A DNA stretch of 64,000 bases, from the NCBI GenBank assembly GCA_964385615.1, contig CAYLPP010000003.1, positions 139,288 to 203,287 on the forward strand. The letters run 5' to 3'. The position numbers and the translations under genes were made by a program. The notes beneath the pieces are model-generated. The model was not told where the DNA came from. It did no database searches and saw only the letters and a program-made list of their open reading frames with translations. The stretch is from an uncultured bacterium. GTDB taxonomy: Bacteria > Omnitrophota > Omnitrophia > Omnitrophales > Aquincolibacteriaceae. This document shows positions 10,149 through 20,527 of this stretch, piece by piece; positions within the stretch are counted from its first letter, which is position 1, and each line of letters begins with the position of its first letter.

Positions 10149-10328
10149 CTACTTTTTCAGGAAGTTTTCAAGGCGGTCGCACTCGTCTTTACGCAGTTTG
10201 CGGTGGCCCTGAAGCCATTGACCGAGAGTATTCGGGTTAACACCCAGCATTTTCGCCAAACGAGAATGCGATACCCGCTTTCGTTCCGCGAAATTTTTAA
10301 GCTGTTCGATCAGGTTGGCTTGTGTCAT
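10149..10328 (-). CDS. Small XRE-family helix-turn-helix DNA-binding protein, 59 aa; missing from the ORF track.
   Basis: Hand translation gives MTQANLIEQLKNFAERKRVSHSRLAKMLGVNPNTLGQWLQGHRKLRKDECDRLENFLKK, an HTH of the form (S)..LA..LGV...T...W. The stop codon abuts the start of the downstream epimerase gene. Confidence 0.55.
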   Translation of the reverse strand: MTQANLIEQLKNFAERKRVSHSRLAKMLGVNPNTLGQWLQGHRKLRKDECDRLENFLKK

Positions 10329-10332
10329 TTAT

Positions 10333-10530
10333 TTACGCCGCAGGCGCCGTTTGTTCTTCCGCGAAAGCGTTACGATGGTTGAAAACCGCGATATGCGAAC
10401 TCCAGCAGGAAACCGAGCAAAAAATAAAATGCGTGGCTTTCTGACGGCAGGTGCTTACCGAACACGTGTAATATTCGGCATTATATTCGATCGTCTTCTT
10501 GCAGGCACTGCATTTTTTCCATTCGGACAT
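10333..10530 (-). CDS. Small Cys-rich protein, a putative zinc ribbon.
   Basis: 65 aa with 8 Cys arranged as CxxC...C....C...C....C pairs. Confidence 0.4.
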   Translation of the reverse strand: MSEWKKCSACKKTIEYNAEYYTCSVSTCRQKATHFIFCSVSCWSSHIAVFNHRNAFAEEQTAPAA

Positions 10531-10531
10531 G

Positions 10532-10894
10532 TCAGGCTCCTTTTACCGGAATGCCTTCCTGCTCAAGAACCGCTTTGATTCTCTCGCGGGCATCCCCCTG
10601 AATCTCAATAATACCATGCCCATCCCTCACCCCATAGGTTCCCCCGGCTCCGCACTTCTGTTTCAGAAGGCGTGAAAGCTCATCCAAAAGCTTATGCTGA
10701 CGGGGCAAACGGTCCACAACCGTTACGGTTTTCCCGCCCCGTCCCGCCTTTTCAATCCTTAAAACTGCCGTAAATGAAACAGCCGGCGCTTTACTTTCCC
10801 TTCCGCAGACGCACTCCGGCTTCAGCTTCTTACAACGCGCGCACTTTTTATTGCGCTCAGGGTCAGTCGAATAAACCAGTTCCGCGTCATCCAT
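10532..10894 (-). CDS. yciH: SUI1/eIF1-family translation initiation factor homolog (YciH-like).
   Basis: CARCKK...C Zn-ribbon-like N-terminus. RIEKAGRGGKTVTVV and GGTYGVRDGHGIIEIQGDARERIKAVLEQEGIPV match the SUI1 fold signature. Confidence 0.75.
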   Translation of the reverse strand: MDDAELVYSTDPERNKKCARCKKLKPECVCGRESKAPAVSFTAVLRIEKAGRGGKTVTVVDRLPRQHKLLDELSRLLKQKCGAGGTYGVRDGHGIIEIQGDARERIKAVLEQEGIPVKGA

Positions 10895-11801
10895 TCAGCA
10901 CGCCCGCCTTTTCTAAAATTAATTCCGTCAGCATGGAAATAAAGCGCGGATGCTCCATCACGGTTTCGGAACGGCAGTATTTAAACCCCGCTTTTTCCGC
11001 CGCTTGCCGGGCTTCTAAATCCAGATCGAAAAGAATTTCCACGTTCTCGCACAAAAAACCGATCGGCACCAAAAGAACTTCGGAAAAACGCTCCCGCTGA
11101 AGACCTTCGATGACTGAAACCACATCCGGTTCCAGCCAGGGCTGGCGGGGATTTCCACTTCTCGACTGATAGGCCAGACTCCAGGAAAACAGCCCAGCCT
11201 CTTTAGCCGAAAGATCGGAAGACGTTTTAAATTCCTCCGCGTAATCACATTGCCCGGCCATTTCCACGGGAATCGAATGCGCACAGAAAATGACGTGGGT
11301 TTTATATTTGTCTTTAACCGCTTTCTTGATATTTTCGGCGTAAGAGCCCGTGAAACCGCTGTGGTCATGCCACGGATGAAGGTACTCGTAAGTCATCCGG
11401 GCTCCCGTTTCTTTGAGAGCCTCATCCACACAGCGGATATATTTGTCCCAGCTCGCGTCGGAACGGTGCGGAGCCAGGATTACCGCGATTCCACGGCTGA
11501 ATCCCTGTTTGCTGATTTCCGCCAAAGTATCCTTCATGAACGGATACCAATTTTTCATACCGGTAAAAACCGGCAGAGGTTTTGAGTGGGCCAGAAGTTC
11601 CTGAAGATTTTTCGCAAGAAGCTTCACGGCATCATTGTAAGGAGAACGTCCGCCCACATCTTCGTAGTGATGAACCACCTCTTTGAGGCGTTCTTCCGGC
11701 ACCCGGGTGCCTTTCGTGACTTCCAGCAGGAAAGGCCAGACATCTTCAGGTTTTTCTGGACCTCCAAAACCAACCAGCAGGACATGATCAAAATCAGGCA
11801 C
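10887..11801 (-). CDS. hemH: Ferrochelatase.
   Basis: Conserved ferrochelatase motifs (LAYQSRSGNPRQPWLEPD, HRSDASW). The gene overlaps hemY by 8 nt. Confidence 0.75.
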   Translation of the reverse strand: MPDFDHVLLVGFGGPEKPEDVWPFLLEVTKGTRVPEERLKEVVHHYEDVGGRSPYNDAVKLLAKNLQELLAHSKPLPVFTGMKNWYPFMKDTLAEISKQGFSRGIAVILAPHRSDASWDKYIRCVDEALKETGARMTYEYLHPWHDHSGFTGSYAENIKKAVKDKYKTHVIFCAHSIPVEMAGQCDYAEEFKTSSDLSAKEAGLFSWSLAYQSRSGNPRQPWLEPDVVSVIEGLQRERFSEVLLVPIGFLCENVEILFDLDLEARQAAEKAGFKYCRSETVMEHPRFISMLTELILEKAGVLNG

Positions 11802-13200
11802 GGCGCGACTCCAGGTAAACAGCCATCTTTTCGGCCGATTGTTCCCCTCTTGCGATACACTCAGGAATTCCCACTCCCCAGTAAGCGTTTCCGGTCAAAA
11901 AAAGTCCGGGATGTTTTTCAACCGCGTCAAAAATCCGCGCGACTTTCTCCGGATGGCCGATATGGTATTGAGGCATCGCTCGCGGATAACGGCGAAGCAC
12001 GCAAAAAATCGGTTCCGCTTCAATTTTTAAAATTTCCCTTAGTTCTTTCTTAACCATTGTCTGAATTTCACTGTCACTCAGGTTCAGGACTTCACGGTGA
12101 AACGCTCCGCCCGCGAAAACGCGGATCAAAACGCGGTCTTCCGGCGCGCGGCCGGGAAATTTCCGGCTGGAAAACGTCATGCCCACGATTTTTCTTTTTT
12201 CCGTCTCAGGGATTACCGCCCCAAACCCCCGGGGCAGTTCGGGAATCTCTTCAGCACGATAAGCCAGATTCACAGTCACCGCGGATTCATAAATAATGGA
12301 ATCCAGATCTTTTGCCAACGCCGGAGCAAACGGTACCGTTAATGCCGCCGCGCGGTAAGCCGGCAAGGCAAGACAAACGGCGTCGGCTTCAAGTTTTTCC
12401 CCATTCTCACCCGAAAGAGTCCAGACTCCATTGTTTTGTTCCAGCTTCTGCACCGGAAAAGCGGTCTGGATTTTCACTTTCTCCATACGGCTGACTAATT
12501 CATCCGCCATTTGCCCCATCCCGCGAGCCATGGACTTGAATAAACTGTAACGGGGTCCACTGGCCTGGCCTTCCGCGCCGTTCTTTTTCGCTTTCATCAA
12601 AGCTCGAATAATACTGCCGTGCTCCTGTTCCATTTTCCAGAAACGGGGCATTGCGGCCCGCATACTCAACTGAGCGGGATCCGCGGTATAAATCCCACCG
12701 ATCATGGGCTGGCCGATCCGCTCCAAAGCTTCCCGCCCAAACCGGCGGGTAATAAACTCCGAAACACTTTCATCCCCGGCCTCTTTACGTGCCGGCACCC
12801 ACCATTCCCAAGCCATACGGAGCTTTCCCATAAAAGATAAATTAGCCTCAAGGAGGGATTTGAAGTTTGTGGGGGAAATTAGATAAAAACCCTTTGGAAC
12901 TGGTGACATTAACCCATTTTTAAGGACAAAACTACCCCTATTGTCTTTGCTTGTCCCAATAACAATGGAATTAAAGCCGTTTCTATTGAGCCATTCAGAG
13001 ATAAAGGGCTGATCCGCTAGAAAGCAATCGGGAGCACCCTCGAGCAGGAATCTGTCTTTCTGAAGGGTTTCAAGCAGGCCGCCCAGCCGGCTTGAGGCTT
13101 CCAGAAGGCTGATGGAGGCCTCAGGAAGAAGCTCCTGGAGGCGGTTGGCACAGGCCAAACCTGAAATTCCCCCGCCCACAACGGCCACGCGGGGGTTCAT
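11794..13200 (-). CDS. hemY: Protoporphyrinogen/coproporphyrinogen oxidase (HemY/CgoX family, FAD-dependent).
   Basis: N-terminal FAD-binding motif [17 protein letters not shown] and C-terminal [19 protein letters not shown]. The gene sits between hemH and hemD/E. Confidence 0.8.
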   Translation of the reverse strand: MNPRVAVVGGGISGLACANRLQELLPEASISLLEASSRLGGLLETLQKDRFLLEGAPDCFLADQPFISEWLNRNGFNSIVIGTSKDNRGSFVLKNGLMSPVPKGFYLISPTNFKSLLEANLSFMGKLRMAWEWWVPARKEAGDESVSEFITRRFGREALERIGQPMIGGIYTADPAQLSMRAAMPRFWKMEQEHGSIIRALMKAKKNGAEGQASGPRYSLFKSMARGMGQMADELVSRMEKVKIQTAFPVQKLEQNNGVWTLSGENGEKLEADAVCLALPAYRAAALTVPFAPALAKDLDSIIYESAVTVNLAYRAEEIPELPRGFGAVIPETEKRKIVGMTFSSRKFPGRAPEDRVLIRVFAGGAFHREVLNLSDSEIQTMVKKELREILKIEAEPIFCVLRRYPRAMPQYHIGHPEKVARIFDAVEKHPGLFLTGNAYWGVGIPECIARGEQSAEKMAVYLESRRA

Positions 13201-15134
13201 GATCCCTTTTGCGCGCTGTACTCGTGAACGTAATCGATCAGCGCTTTAACGTGATCTTCCGGGGTTGCCGGCAAAATACCGTGCCCCAGATTAAAAATAT
13301 GCCCAGGCCTGTTTTTGACAGAATCCAAAATACGGCGGGCATGTTCTTGAATCACAGGAATTTCCGCGAATAAAACGGCCGGGTCCAGATTTCCCTGCAC
13401 CGCCTTGTCACGTCCGATCACTTCCCAGGCTTCCGAAATCCGGGAGCGGAAGTCGACTCCGATTACGTCTCCGCCGGCCTGAGCAAATTCTTTCAGAAAA
13501 GTTCCGGTACCTGTGCCGAAATGAATAACAGGCGTTCCCTTTTTTAAATTGCGGATAATTTCACGCGAATGAGGCAGAACAAACCGTTCGTATTCCTCCG
13601 GGCCAAGGCACCCGGCCCAGCTGTCAAAAATCTGAATCGCGTCCGCTCCAGCTTCAATCTGACGGTTGAGATAAGCCGTAATCCCGCGGGAAAGTTTTTC
13701 CATCAGCGCGTGCCAGTTTCCGGAATCGCTATGCATCAGTTTTTTAGTGCGCGCGAAAACTTTCGAACCTCCGCCCTCAATGATATAAGAAGCGAGTGTG
13801 AATGGAGCGCCCGAAAAACCAATCAGCGGTGTTTGCGGATTCAGGCAGGAACGAGTCAAACGAATCGCATCATAAACAAACGATAAGCTGTCCGGATCAA
13901 TTTCAGGCAGTTCATCCGGCTTAAGCGCTTGTCCCTGCGCGCCTGAGATTACAGGACCGTCACCTTTTAAGTAATCAAGCCCAAATCCGAAAGGCTCCAC
14001 AATCAAAAGAATGTCAGAAAAAATAATCGCCGCGTCCGCGCCGATCTGCTCACAAGCTCTCACCGTCACTTCCGCGCAAAGCTCTTTATTCCGGCACAGC
14101 TCAATAAACGAAACTTTGTCCCGGATTTTCCGGTAAAACTTCTGATACCTGCCCGCCTGGCGCATCAGCCAGACCGGTGTATAGGGGGTTTTTTCAAGCC
14201 GGCAGGCTTTTAAAAACAGCGAGTCTTTTGTGGTCTGCGGGTTTTGCAAGCGGGGTTTGACCTGAAGCAAAGGGGCTGGATTTCGTTTTTCAGCCAGGAG
14301 TTCTTCCGCTTTGGCCGCGGACTCCGCGACCAAATGCCCCAGCTTCGGATGCGAAGGCTCAAAATCCACGTTTAAACCGCACTCGCGCAGAGCTTCACTG
14401 CAGGTCGGACCGACGGAGGCAATTACGGTATTCTTTAAAGCGGTTAAAAGTTTTTCTTCCAGACCTTTTTCAGCGGCGACACGCAGGACGTGACGAATTT
14501 GCATGGCGTTGGTAAAAAGCGAAAAATCCACCCGGCCGGAAACAATTTCATCGATCGCTTTTTCAAGCGGGCCGGTATCATCGGGAAGCGCCCATCGGTA
14601 AACCGGAACCCTCACCACTTTAGCACCGCGCTTTTTCAAACCTTCAATCAGGTCGGGATTCGAAACACCGTACTCCTGAACCCCTACTGTTTTGCCTCCA
14701 AGTGAAACACTCTTTTTACTCAGATCGAGTGTTTCCAGAATTTCAAACCAGGTATTGGGTTCGGGAACCGTAATCGTGACGGGAATACCGAGTTCGCGAA
14801 GCACGTGCACAGGTTTGGGACCGCGCGCGACGATCGTGCGCTTGGAAAATTCGGCTAGAATTTTTTCTTTGGGGTAACGCGTGGAAAGGGCTTCAACCAG
14901 CATCCGGGCCCCGACGCCGGTCATAAAGATCAGAACTTCAATCTGACCCGCGAAAAGTTTTTCAGCAAAAGCGAAAGCTTCCGGGTTGCGGTCCAGAGGA
15001 ATTTCCTGCATGGTTGGGGCAATCACGGCCCGCCCGCCCTTGCGCTGGATATTCATGGCCATAATATCCGCCATACGGCTTTCAAAAGCCGCGACTCCCC
15101 GTCCGCCAAAATCAGTCTTAGTCTGTACGGTCAT
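13197..15134 (-). CDS. hemE: Bifunctional fusion of uroporphyrinogen-III synthase (HemD-like N-terminal ~280 aa) and uroporphyrinogen decarboxylase (HemE C-terminal ~350 aa).
   Basis: C-terminal half carries the HemE hallmark [17 protein letters not shown] plus downstream HemE motifs. The N-terminal half has a HemD-like two-lobe pattern. One ORF of 645 aa. Confidence 0.75.
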   Translation of the reverse strand: MTVQTKTDFGGRGVAAFESRMADIMAMNIQRKGGRAVIAPTMQEIPLDRNPEAFAFAEKLFAGQIEVLIFMTGVGARMLVEALSTRYPKEKILAEFSKRTIVARGPKPVHVLRELGIPVTITVPEPNTWFEILETLDLSKKSVSLGGKTVGVQEYGVSNPDLIEGLKKRGAKVVRVPVYRWALPDDTGPLEKAIDEIVSGRVDFSLFTNAMQIRHVLRVAAEKGLEEKLLTALKNTVIASVGPTCSEALRECGLNVDFEPSHPKLGHLVAESAAKAEELLAEKRNPAPLLQVKPRLQNPQTTKDSLFLKACRLEKTPYTPVWLMRQAGRYQKFYRKIRDKVSFIELCRNKELCAEVTVRACEQIGADAAIIFSDILLIVEPFGFGLDYLKGDGPVISGAQGQALKPDELPEIDPDSLSFVYDAIRLTRSCLNPQTPLIGFSGAPFTLASYIIEGGGSKVFARTKKLMHSDSGNWHALMEKLSRGITAYLNRQIEAGADAIQIFDSWAGCLGPEEYERFVLPHSREIIRNLKKGTPVIHFGTGTGTFLKEFAQAGGDVIGVDFRSRISEAWEVIGRDKAVQGNLDPAVLFAEIPVIQEHARRILDSVKNRPGHIFNLGHGILPATPEDHVKALIDYVHEYSAQKGS

Positions 15135-15149
15135 GGAGCGATTATAACG

Positions 15150-15320
15150 CTATTCCGGGTCTTTTTCCTTGTCTTTAGGTATCCATTTACTGCGGGTCAG
15201 GAGGGCGATTCCAACACAGAAAAACGGGAGAAAACCAAAAAACCCCCAAATGAAGCTCTTTTGAGACCCGGCCCAAAAAGCCAGAAGGATGCAAAGAACC
15301 CCGAGGATTTTGGTACTCAT
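15150..15320 (-). CDS. Small membrane protein, 56 aa; missing from the ORF track.
   Basis: Hand translation gives MSTKILGVLCILLAFWAGSQKSFIWGFFGFLPFFCVGIALLTRSKWIPKDKEKDPE. Its ATG overlaps the ABC-F stop codon in an ATGA arrangement. Confidence 0.35.
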   Translation of the reverse strand: MSTKILGVLCILLAFWAGSQKSFIWGFFGFLPFFCVGIALLTRSKWIPKDKEKDPE

Positions 15321-17083
15321 TCCTCGAGTTCCTGGATCTCTTCCTGCACTTCCATCCAGTCGGCTTCATGTTCCTGCAGAAGCAAGGTCAGCTGATCGAG
15401 ACGTTCTTTTTTCTCACGCGACCAGGAAGGGTTCTGAGCGAACTCTTCCATCAGCTTGTCCTGCTCTGTCTTGTCAGCCGTGATTTTTTCTTCAATTTTC
15501 TTAAGCTTGGCCTGAAGCGCCTTAATTTCTTTTTCCGCCGTGGATTTATCTTTCTTCACGGGTTTGCGGGGGCCGTAGCCATCCTTGATCAGATCCTCTT
15601 CCATTTCTTTCTCAAGGTGGTAAACATATTCTTCATATTTTCCAGGGAATCTTTTGATCTTGCCGTTTTTAACCTCCAGGATCATGTTGGCAATCAGATT
15701 CACGAAGGTGCGGTCGTGGCTGATGAAAAACACGGTGCCGGGAAAATCACGCAAGGCTTTGGCCAGCGATTCCACGGTTTCAAAATCCAGATGGTTCGTG
15801 GGTTCGTCCAGCATCAGCACATGGCTTCGGGTCAAGAGAAGCCCCGCCAGAACCAGACGAGCACGCTCGCCTCCGCTCAGAACCGCGACTTTCTTGCGTA
15901 CGTCATCCCCCTTGAAAAGAAAAGCGCCGGCCATGTCCAGAATATCCTGCTGACCGATTCCCTCCGCGGCCACATGGGAAAGATGCGCGTAAACGTCATG
16001 CGTCGGGGTCAGGCTTTGAAAAACATGCTGGGCATAATAAGCGACTTTAAGGCCGGTGCCCCATTTGAAAGAACCGCCTTTCGGCTGAAGGTCGCCCGCG
16101 ATGGTCCGCATGAAAGTGGTTTTACCCTGGCCGTTATCACCTAGAATCGCAACCTTCTGACCGCGGTCAATGTCGAAGTAAAGATCGGCGGCGATGTCCT
16201 TGTTCGGATAACCGATTGTCATATCCTGCACAGAAAGAGCCACCCCGCCCTTAGGCTCAACGCCCGGGATACGGATATTAGCCGTAGCCTGCGGGGCCGT
16301 AATCTCAACTGTCTGCAGTTTTTCGATCTGCCTCATTTTAGATTTCGCGCGGGTCGCGGTAGAAGCACGCGCTTTGAAACGGTCGACGAAATCCTGAAGC
16401 TGTTTCTTTTTGCTTTCAACGCCCTTATTGTAAGCCAGCTTCTGTTCCAGCTGTTCTTCCTTGAACTCAAAATAAGATTCGATGTTCCCGGGATAAAAAG
16501 TCAGCTGACCATTTTCCACTTCCATAGTGGAAGTGCAGGTCCGCTTCATAAATTCCCGGTCGTGAGTCACAATCAAAAACCCGCCCTTGAATTCTTTCAG
16601 GAAATTTTCCAGAAGAATCAAAGTGCTCAAATCGAGGTAGTTCGTAGGTTCGTCGAGAATCAGGAAGTTTGGTTCTTTGAGAAGCATCGCGGTCAATTTG
16701 ACACGAGTCCGGTAACCGCCGGCCAAATCGCCGATGGGCGCGTACAGCATTTCATGTTTAATCTGGAAACGGCCGGCCATTTCACCGCATTCCCATTCTT
16801 CCCTGCCGGAATAACGCTGAAGGAAATCCGTGACCAGTTCATCCATCTTGTAAGGGTCATGCTGTTCGAGATAACTCAGGCGCAGATCCGTATTTTTACT
16901 GATGTGCCCGGAATCCATTTCTTCTTCACCGGTAATGATACGGCAAAGCGTGGACTTTCCCGTTCCGTTACGGCCGATCAGACCGATTTTCTGATGAAGG
17001 GAAAAGGAGGCGTTGGCGTCATCCAAAATGACTCGCGCACCGTGGGTTTTACGGATGTTGTGAACTTGAAAAAGAACTGACAT
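15317..17083 (-). CDS. ABC-F family ATPase (Uup/EttA-like, two ABC domains, no TMD).
   Basis: Two Walker A motifs (GRNGTGKST, GDNGQGKTT). Two ABC signatures (LSGGERARL / GGYRTRVKL). C-terminal coiled-coil Lys/Glu-rich tail. Confidence 0.9.
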   Translation of the reverse strand: MSVLFQVHNIRKTHGARVILDDANASFSLHQKIGLIGRNGTGKSTLCRIITGEEEMDSGHISKNTDLRLSYLEQHDPYKMDELVTDFLQRYSGREEWECGEMAGRFQIKHEMLYAPIGDLAGGYRTRVKLTAMLLKEPNFLILDEPTNYLDLSTLILLENFLKEFKGGFLIVTHDREFMKRTCTSTMEVENGQLTFYPGNIESYFEFKEEQLEQKLAYNKGVESKKKQLQDFVDRFKARASTATRAKSKMRQIEKLQTVEITAPQATANIRIPGVEPKGGVALSVQDMTIGYPNKDIAADLYFDIDRGQKVAILGDNGQGKTTFMRTIAGDLQPKGGSFKWGTGLKVAYYAQHVFQSLTPTHDVYAHLSHVAAEGIGQQDILDMAGAFLFKGDDVRKKVAVLSGGERARLVLAGLLLTRSHVLMLDEPTNHLDFETVESLAKALRDFPGTVFFISHDRTFVNLIANMILEVKNGKIKRFPGKYEEYVYHLEKEMEEDLIKDGYGPRKPVKKDKSTAEKEIKALQAKLKKIEEKITADKTEQDKLMEEFAQNPSWSREKKERLDQLTLLLQEHEADWMEVQEEIQELEE

Positions 17084-17085
17084 AT

Positions 17086-17652
17086 TTAGGCCTTAAAGTA
17101 ATGCTTGCGGTAAAAACGGAGCTCCTCGACCGACTCCCGGATATCTCCCAGGGCCCGGTGGTTTTCGCTTTTCTTGGGCATCGACTTGTTTTTAGGGTAC
17201 CAGCGCCGGACCAGGTCCTTCACCGTGCTGACGTCAATCAGGCGGTAATGAAGGAATTTATCGAGGCTCGGCATGTACCGGTTGATGAAACGGCGGTCCT
17301 GGTGAATGGAGTTTCCGCACAGCACCGCTTTTTTGGGAACACAATACTGCTTGATGAAATCGAGTGTCATTTTCTCCGCTTTTTTAACGGAAATTTTTGA
17401 AGCTTTGACCGCGGCGGTCAAACCGGAACGTCCGTGATGCTTCTTATTCCAGTTATCCATACCCTTCATGATTTTATCCGGCTGATGAATCACGATTTCC
17501 GGCCCCTCGGCCACAATCTTAAGCTGAGAATCGGTAATCAGCGTGGCCATTTCAATAATCCGGTCGCTCTGGGGATCCAGACCGGTCATTTCCATGTCAA
17601 TCCAGACCATGTGATCTTTATTTTCCTTATTTTCCTTCTTACCCTGCGTCAT
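17086..17652 (-). CDS. orn: Oligoribonuclease (3'-5' exoribonuclease). Start placed at MTQGKK, which has an AAGGAG RBS upstream.
   Basis: DEDDh exonuclease motifs (MVWIDMEMTGLDP; CGNSIHQDRRFI; H...D). The ORF-track N-terminal extension begins with TTG. Confidence 0.85.
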   Translation of the reverse strand: MTQGKKENKENKDHMVWIDMEMTGLDPQSDRIIEMATLITDSQLKIVAEGPEIVIHQPDKIMKGMDNWNKKHHGRSGLTAAVKASKISVKKAEKMTLDFIKQYCVPKKAVLCGNSIHQDRRFINRYMPSLDKFLHYRLIDVSTVKDLVRRWYPKNKSMPKKSENHRALGDIRESVEELRFYRKHYFKA

Positions 17653-17842
17653 AAAACCCGATTCTCCTTTTGAGGCGCTTCCATCCCCGCTGCCTTGCGC
17701 AGACAGGCCGGGCAGAAACAATCCTCCGAAAGTTTTTTTAGTTTTTCCCGTGTTTCCCCGGAAAGTGAATAATCAAAGCACCAGCAGGAGGAATCGCCGG
17801 CACATTCAAATGTGTCACCGCATTGAGGGCAGCGTTGAATGG

Positions 17843-18229
17843 CTAAAACCCCTGGGAAGACAGAGTTTTCCTGATCTCTTCCAGCAGTTTCGCGCTGTCA
17901 AAAGGCTTGGGAATGTATTTGTCCGCGTAAAGTTCCATGCCCTGCGCCATGTCATCCTGAGTATCACGCGTCGTCAGCATAATCACCGGGATATTCATGG
18001 TCTTCTTTTCTTTTTTAAGATTTTTCAGCACTTCAAATCCGTTCATCTTCGGCATATTGACGTCCAGAAGAATCAGATCAGGAGTATGCTTCCTGGCTTC
18101 ATCCAGCCCCTTCTTGCCGTCTTCCGCTTCAAGACAGGTGAACCCATTCATTTCAAGCAGACTCTTCAGTAAGCTTCTCAGCGGAGCCTCATCATCAACA
18201 AGCAAAACTTTTTTCTTCGCGTCTCCCAT
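17843..18229 (-). CDS. Stand-alone CheY-like response regulator receiver domain.
   Basis: KVLLVDDEAPLRSLLKSLLE...DLILLDVNMPKMNGFEVLKNLK...K with conserved DD/D/K positions. No output domain. Confidence 0.8.
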   Translation of the reverse strand: MGDAKKKVLLVDDEAPLRSLLKSLLEMNGFTCLEAEDGKKGLDEARKHTPDLILLDVNMPKMNGFEVLKNLKKEKKTMNIPVIMLTTRDTQDDMAQGMELYADKYIPKPFDSAKLLEEIRKTLSSQGF

Positions 18230-18240
18230 AGTCGGCCCCT

Positions 18241-18483
18241 TTATAGATTAAGTTTAAGATTCGCTGCGAGCCGGGCAAGTTCCGGATCCTGGCGAAGTGC
18301 CGCGAACCGGGGGTTGGAAAGAAGCTTTTGCGTGTCCTGCTTTTTTAAAGCTTCCTGAAACTCCGGGTCTTTGAGCATTTCCTGAATTTTTGGATGTGAA
18401 ATAAACGCTCTGAAATTTTCGTCTTTCATCATTTTCTGGACCAACTGCATCTGATCCATCATGTTTTTCATCTTTCCGAACAT
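18241..18483 (-). CDS. Small hypothetical protein, 80 aa, with STI1-like helical repeats.
   Basis: ORF with repeated PKIQEMLKDPEFQEALKK / PRFAALRQDPELARLAANL helices. No clear family. Confidence 0.35.
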   Translation of the reverse strand: MFGKMKNMMDQMQLVQKMMKDENFRAFISHPKIQEMLKDPEFQEALKKQDTQKLLSNPRFAALRQDPELARLAANLKLNL

Positions 18484-18497
18484 TTCATTTCTCCTGA

Positions 18498-20096
18498 TTA
18501 AACTTCCGCCTTCGTAAATGAAGACAGCTGATTGAAAAAATTATTTCCTTTGTCATCGCAAACAATAAAAGCCGGAAAATCCTTGACCACAATTTTTCGA
18601 ACCGCTTCCATGCCCAAGTCTTCAAAATCAAGCATTTCCACTTTAATGATATTCTCAGCGGCCAAAATCGCGGCCGGCCCGCCGATAGACCCTAAATAGA
18701 AGCCCCCATACTTTTTGCAGGCATCCGTCACCGCCGCCGTCCGATTGCCCTTGGCCAGCATTACGAGCGAACCGCCCTGCTTCATAAAATCCTCAACATA
18801 GCCGTCCATGCGCACCGCCGTGGTCGGCCCGAAACTGCCGGTAGGCATCCCCTGGGGTGTCTTGGCCGGACCCGCGTAATACACAGGATGCTTCTTAAAA
18901 TAATCGGGCATGGGCTTGCCTTCCTCAAGCATTTTTTTAACACGGGCATGAGCGATATCCCGGGCCACAATCAGCGGGCCGTTCAGGCTAAGGCGGGTTT
19001 TAACCGGGTATTTTGACAGCTCAGCCAGGATTTCCTTCATCGGCCGGTCGAGGTTAATCGAAACAGGCTTGGCTTTACTGCCGGTATCGCTGGGCAAAAA
19101 CCGGCCAGGATCCGTTTCCAGCTGTTCCAGAAAAATTCCGTCTTTGGTAATTTTGCCTTTGATATTGCGGTCCGCGCTGCAGCTGACACCGATACCAACC
19201 GGGCAGGAAGCCGCGTGCCGGGGCAAACGCACCACACGGACATCGTGAGCTAAATATTTTCCGCCAAACTGCGCGCCAATACCTGTCTCCTGCGCCAACT
19301 GAAGAATTTTCTTTTCCCACTCCAAATCACGAAAGGCCCGGCCGGTTTCATCCCCCGTAACCGGAAGATCATCGTAATAACCGGCTGAAGCAAGCTTCAC
19401 GGTTTTCAGCGTCGACTCCGCCGAGGTTCCGCCGATAACCACAGCGATATGATAAGGCGGGCAGGCCGCGGTACCTAAACCGAAAAGTTTTTCATTTAAA
19501 AATTTCATCAGGGATTTTTCGTTTAAAAGCGACTTCGTTTCCTGATAAAGGAAAGTTTTATTGGCCGATCCCCCGCCTTTGGCCAGAAAAAGAAACTGAT
19601 ACTCTCCGCCCTCAACGGCAGAGATATCAATTTGAGCGGGAAGATTACTGCCGGTGTTTTTTTCCTCAAACATGGAAACCGGCGCCATCTGGGAATAGCG
19701 GAGATTTTTTTCCTGAAAAGTTTCGTAAATACCGGCACTCAGGGCTTTGTCATCCCGTCCGTCAGTTAAAACTTTGTGACCCTTTTTGGCAAACACAATC
19801 GCGGTGCCGGTATCCTGGCAGGAAGGCAGCTGAAGTTTGGCAGCTTCAACGGCATTTTTCAGCAAAGTCACAGCTACGAAACGGTCGTTTTCGGAAGCTT
19901 CCGGATCGTCCAGGATCCCAGCCACTTTCTTCAAATGCGCTTCACGCAGAAAAAAGGAAACGTCAATAAATGCCTGCTTGGCCAGTAACTTCAAGGCTTC
20001 AGGTTTTACTTTAAGAAATTTTTCGCTGTTTATAGTTTCTTCCGAAACAAAATCGCCGGAAATCTTCCTATAAGCGGTGCAGTCACTTTGAGGCAT
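18498..20096 (-). CDS. fumA: Class I (Fe-S) fumarate hydratase, alpha and beta regions fused in a single chain.
   Basis: N-terminal catalytic region with Fe-S ligand Cys ([16 protein letters not shown]) and C-terminal beta-like domain. 532 aa is typical of FumA/FumB-like proteins. Confidence 0.8.
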   Translation of the reverse strand: MPQSDCTAYRKISGDFVSEETINSEKFLKVKPEALKLLAKQAFIDVSFFLREAHLKKVAGILDDPEASENDRFVAVTLLKNAVEAAKLQLPSCQDTGTAIVFAKKGHKVLTDGRDDKALSAGIYETFQEKNLRYSQMAPVSMFEEKNTGSNLPAQIDISAVEGGEYQFLFLAKGGGSANKTFLYQETKSLLNEKSLMKFLNEKLFGLGTAACPPYHIAVVIGGTSAESTLKTVKLASAGYYDDLPVTGDETGRAFRDLEWEKKILQLAQETGIGAQFGGKYLAHDVRVVRLPRHAASCPVGIGVSCSADRNIKGKITKDGIFLEQLETDPGRFLPSDTGSKAKPVSINLDRPMKEILAELSKYPVKTRLSLNGPLIVARDIAHARVKKMLEEGKPMPDYFKKHPVYYAGPAKTPQGMPTGSFGPTTAVRMDGYVEDFMKQGGSLVMLAKGNRTAAVTDACKKYGGFYLGSIGGPAAILAAENIIKVEMLDFEDLGMEAVRKIVVKDFPAFIVCDDKGNNFFNQLSSFTKAEV

Positions 20097-20497
20097 TATC
20101 CCATCTCCATCATGCCCACCCCGGAATCGCCATGTTCAACTTCCTGGGGGTGCTTTTTGCTGTACTCTTCTTCGAATGCCTTGAAAAGGTCTTCCGTTTC
20201 CCGGTCATTGGCCCGCCAGCAAGAGTCCGAAGCCTCTTCAATCCGGTTAAGCGTAAAAACCCGGTTATCGGTTTCATAGGCCTGACGGAAATAACGGCAG
20301 GCAGAGGCGTAAAGCGGAACTCTTTTTTCATACTCCACTTTCCGGTCCTTCATGATCGCCGCGTCGGAAACGGCATTTTCAGCCTTAAACATATAATATT
20401 TGGAAAGCCAATCCTGGCGGGAGCATCCCGTGAAAAGAGTCAAAACACTGATCATGAGGGCAAGGCGCGCCTTAGACATAAGAGAGTAATCTATCAA
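20096..20497 (-). CDS. Hypothetical lipoprotein.
   Basis: Signal peptide with lipobox (VLTLFTGCS). Confidence 0.5.
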   Translation of the reverse strand: MIDYSLMSKARLALMISVLTLFTGCSRQDWLSKYYMFKAENAVSDAAIMKDRKVEYEKRVPLYASACRYFRQAYETDNRVFTLNRIEEASDSCWRANDRETEDLFKAFEEEYSKKHPQEVEHGDSGVGMMEMG

Positions 20498-20527
20498 AAA
20501 AGCCTTCGTCTCTCCATGCCAAAATGC

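Noticed and set aside
15368-16144. 258-aa plus-strand ORF, and other long antisense ORFs inside ABC-F, ptrB (4477..5124) and the GH-like gene (21151..21858).
   Set aside because: Each sits antisense within a gene with strong family motifs. The translations are low-complexity (F/L/R-rich), typical of reverse frames of coding DNA.
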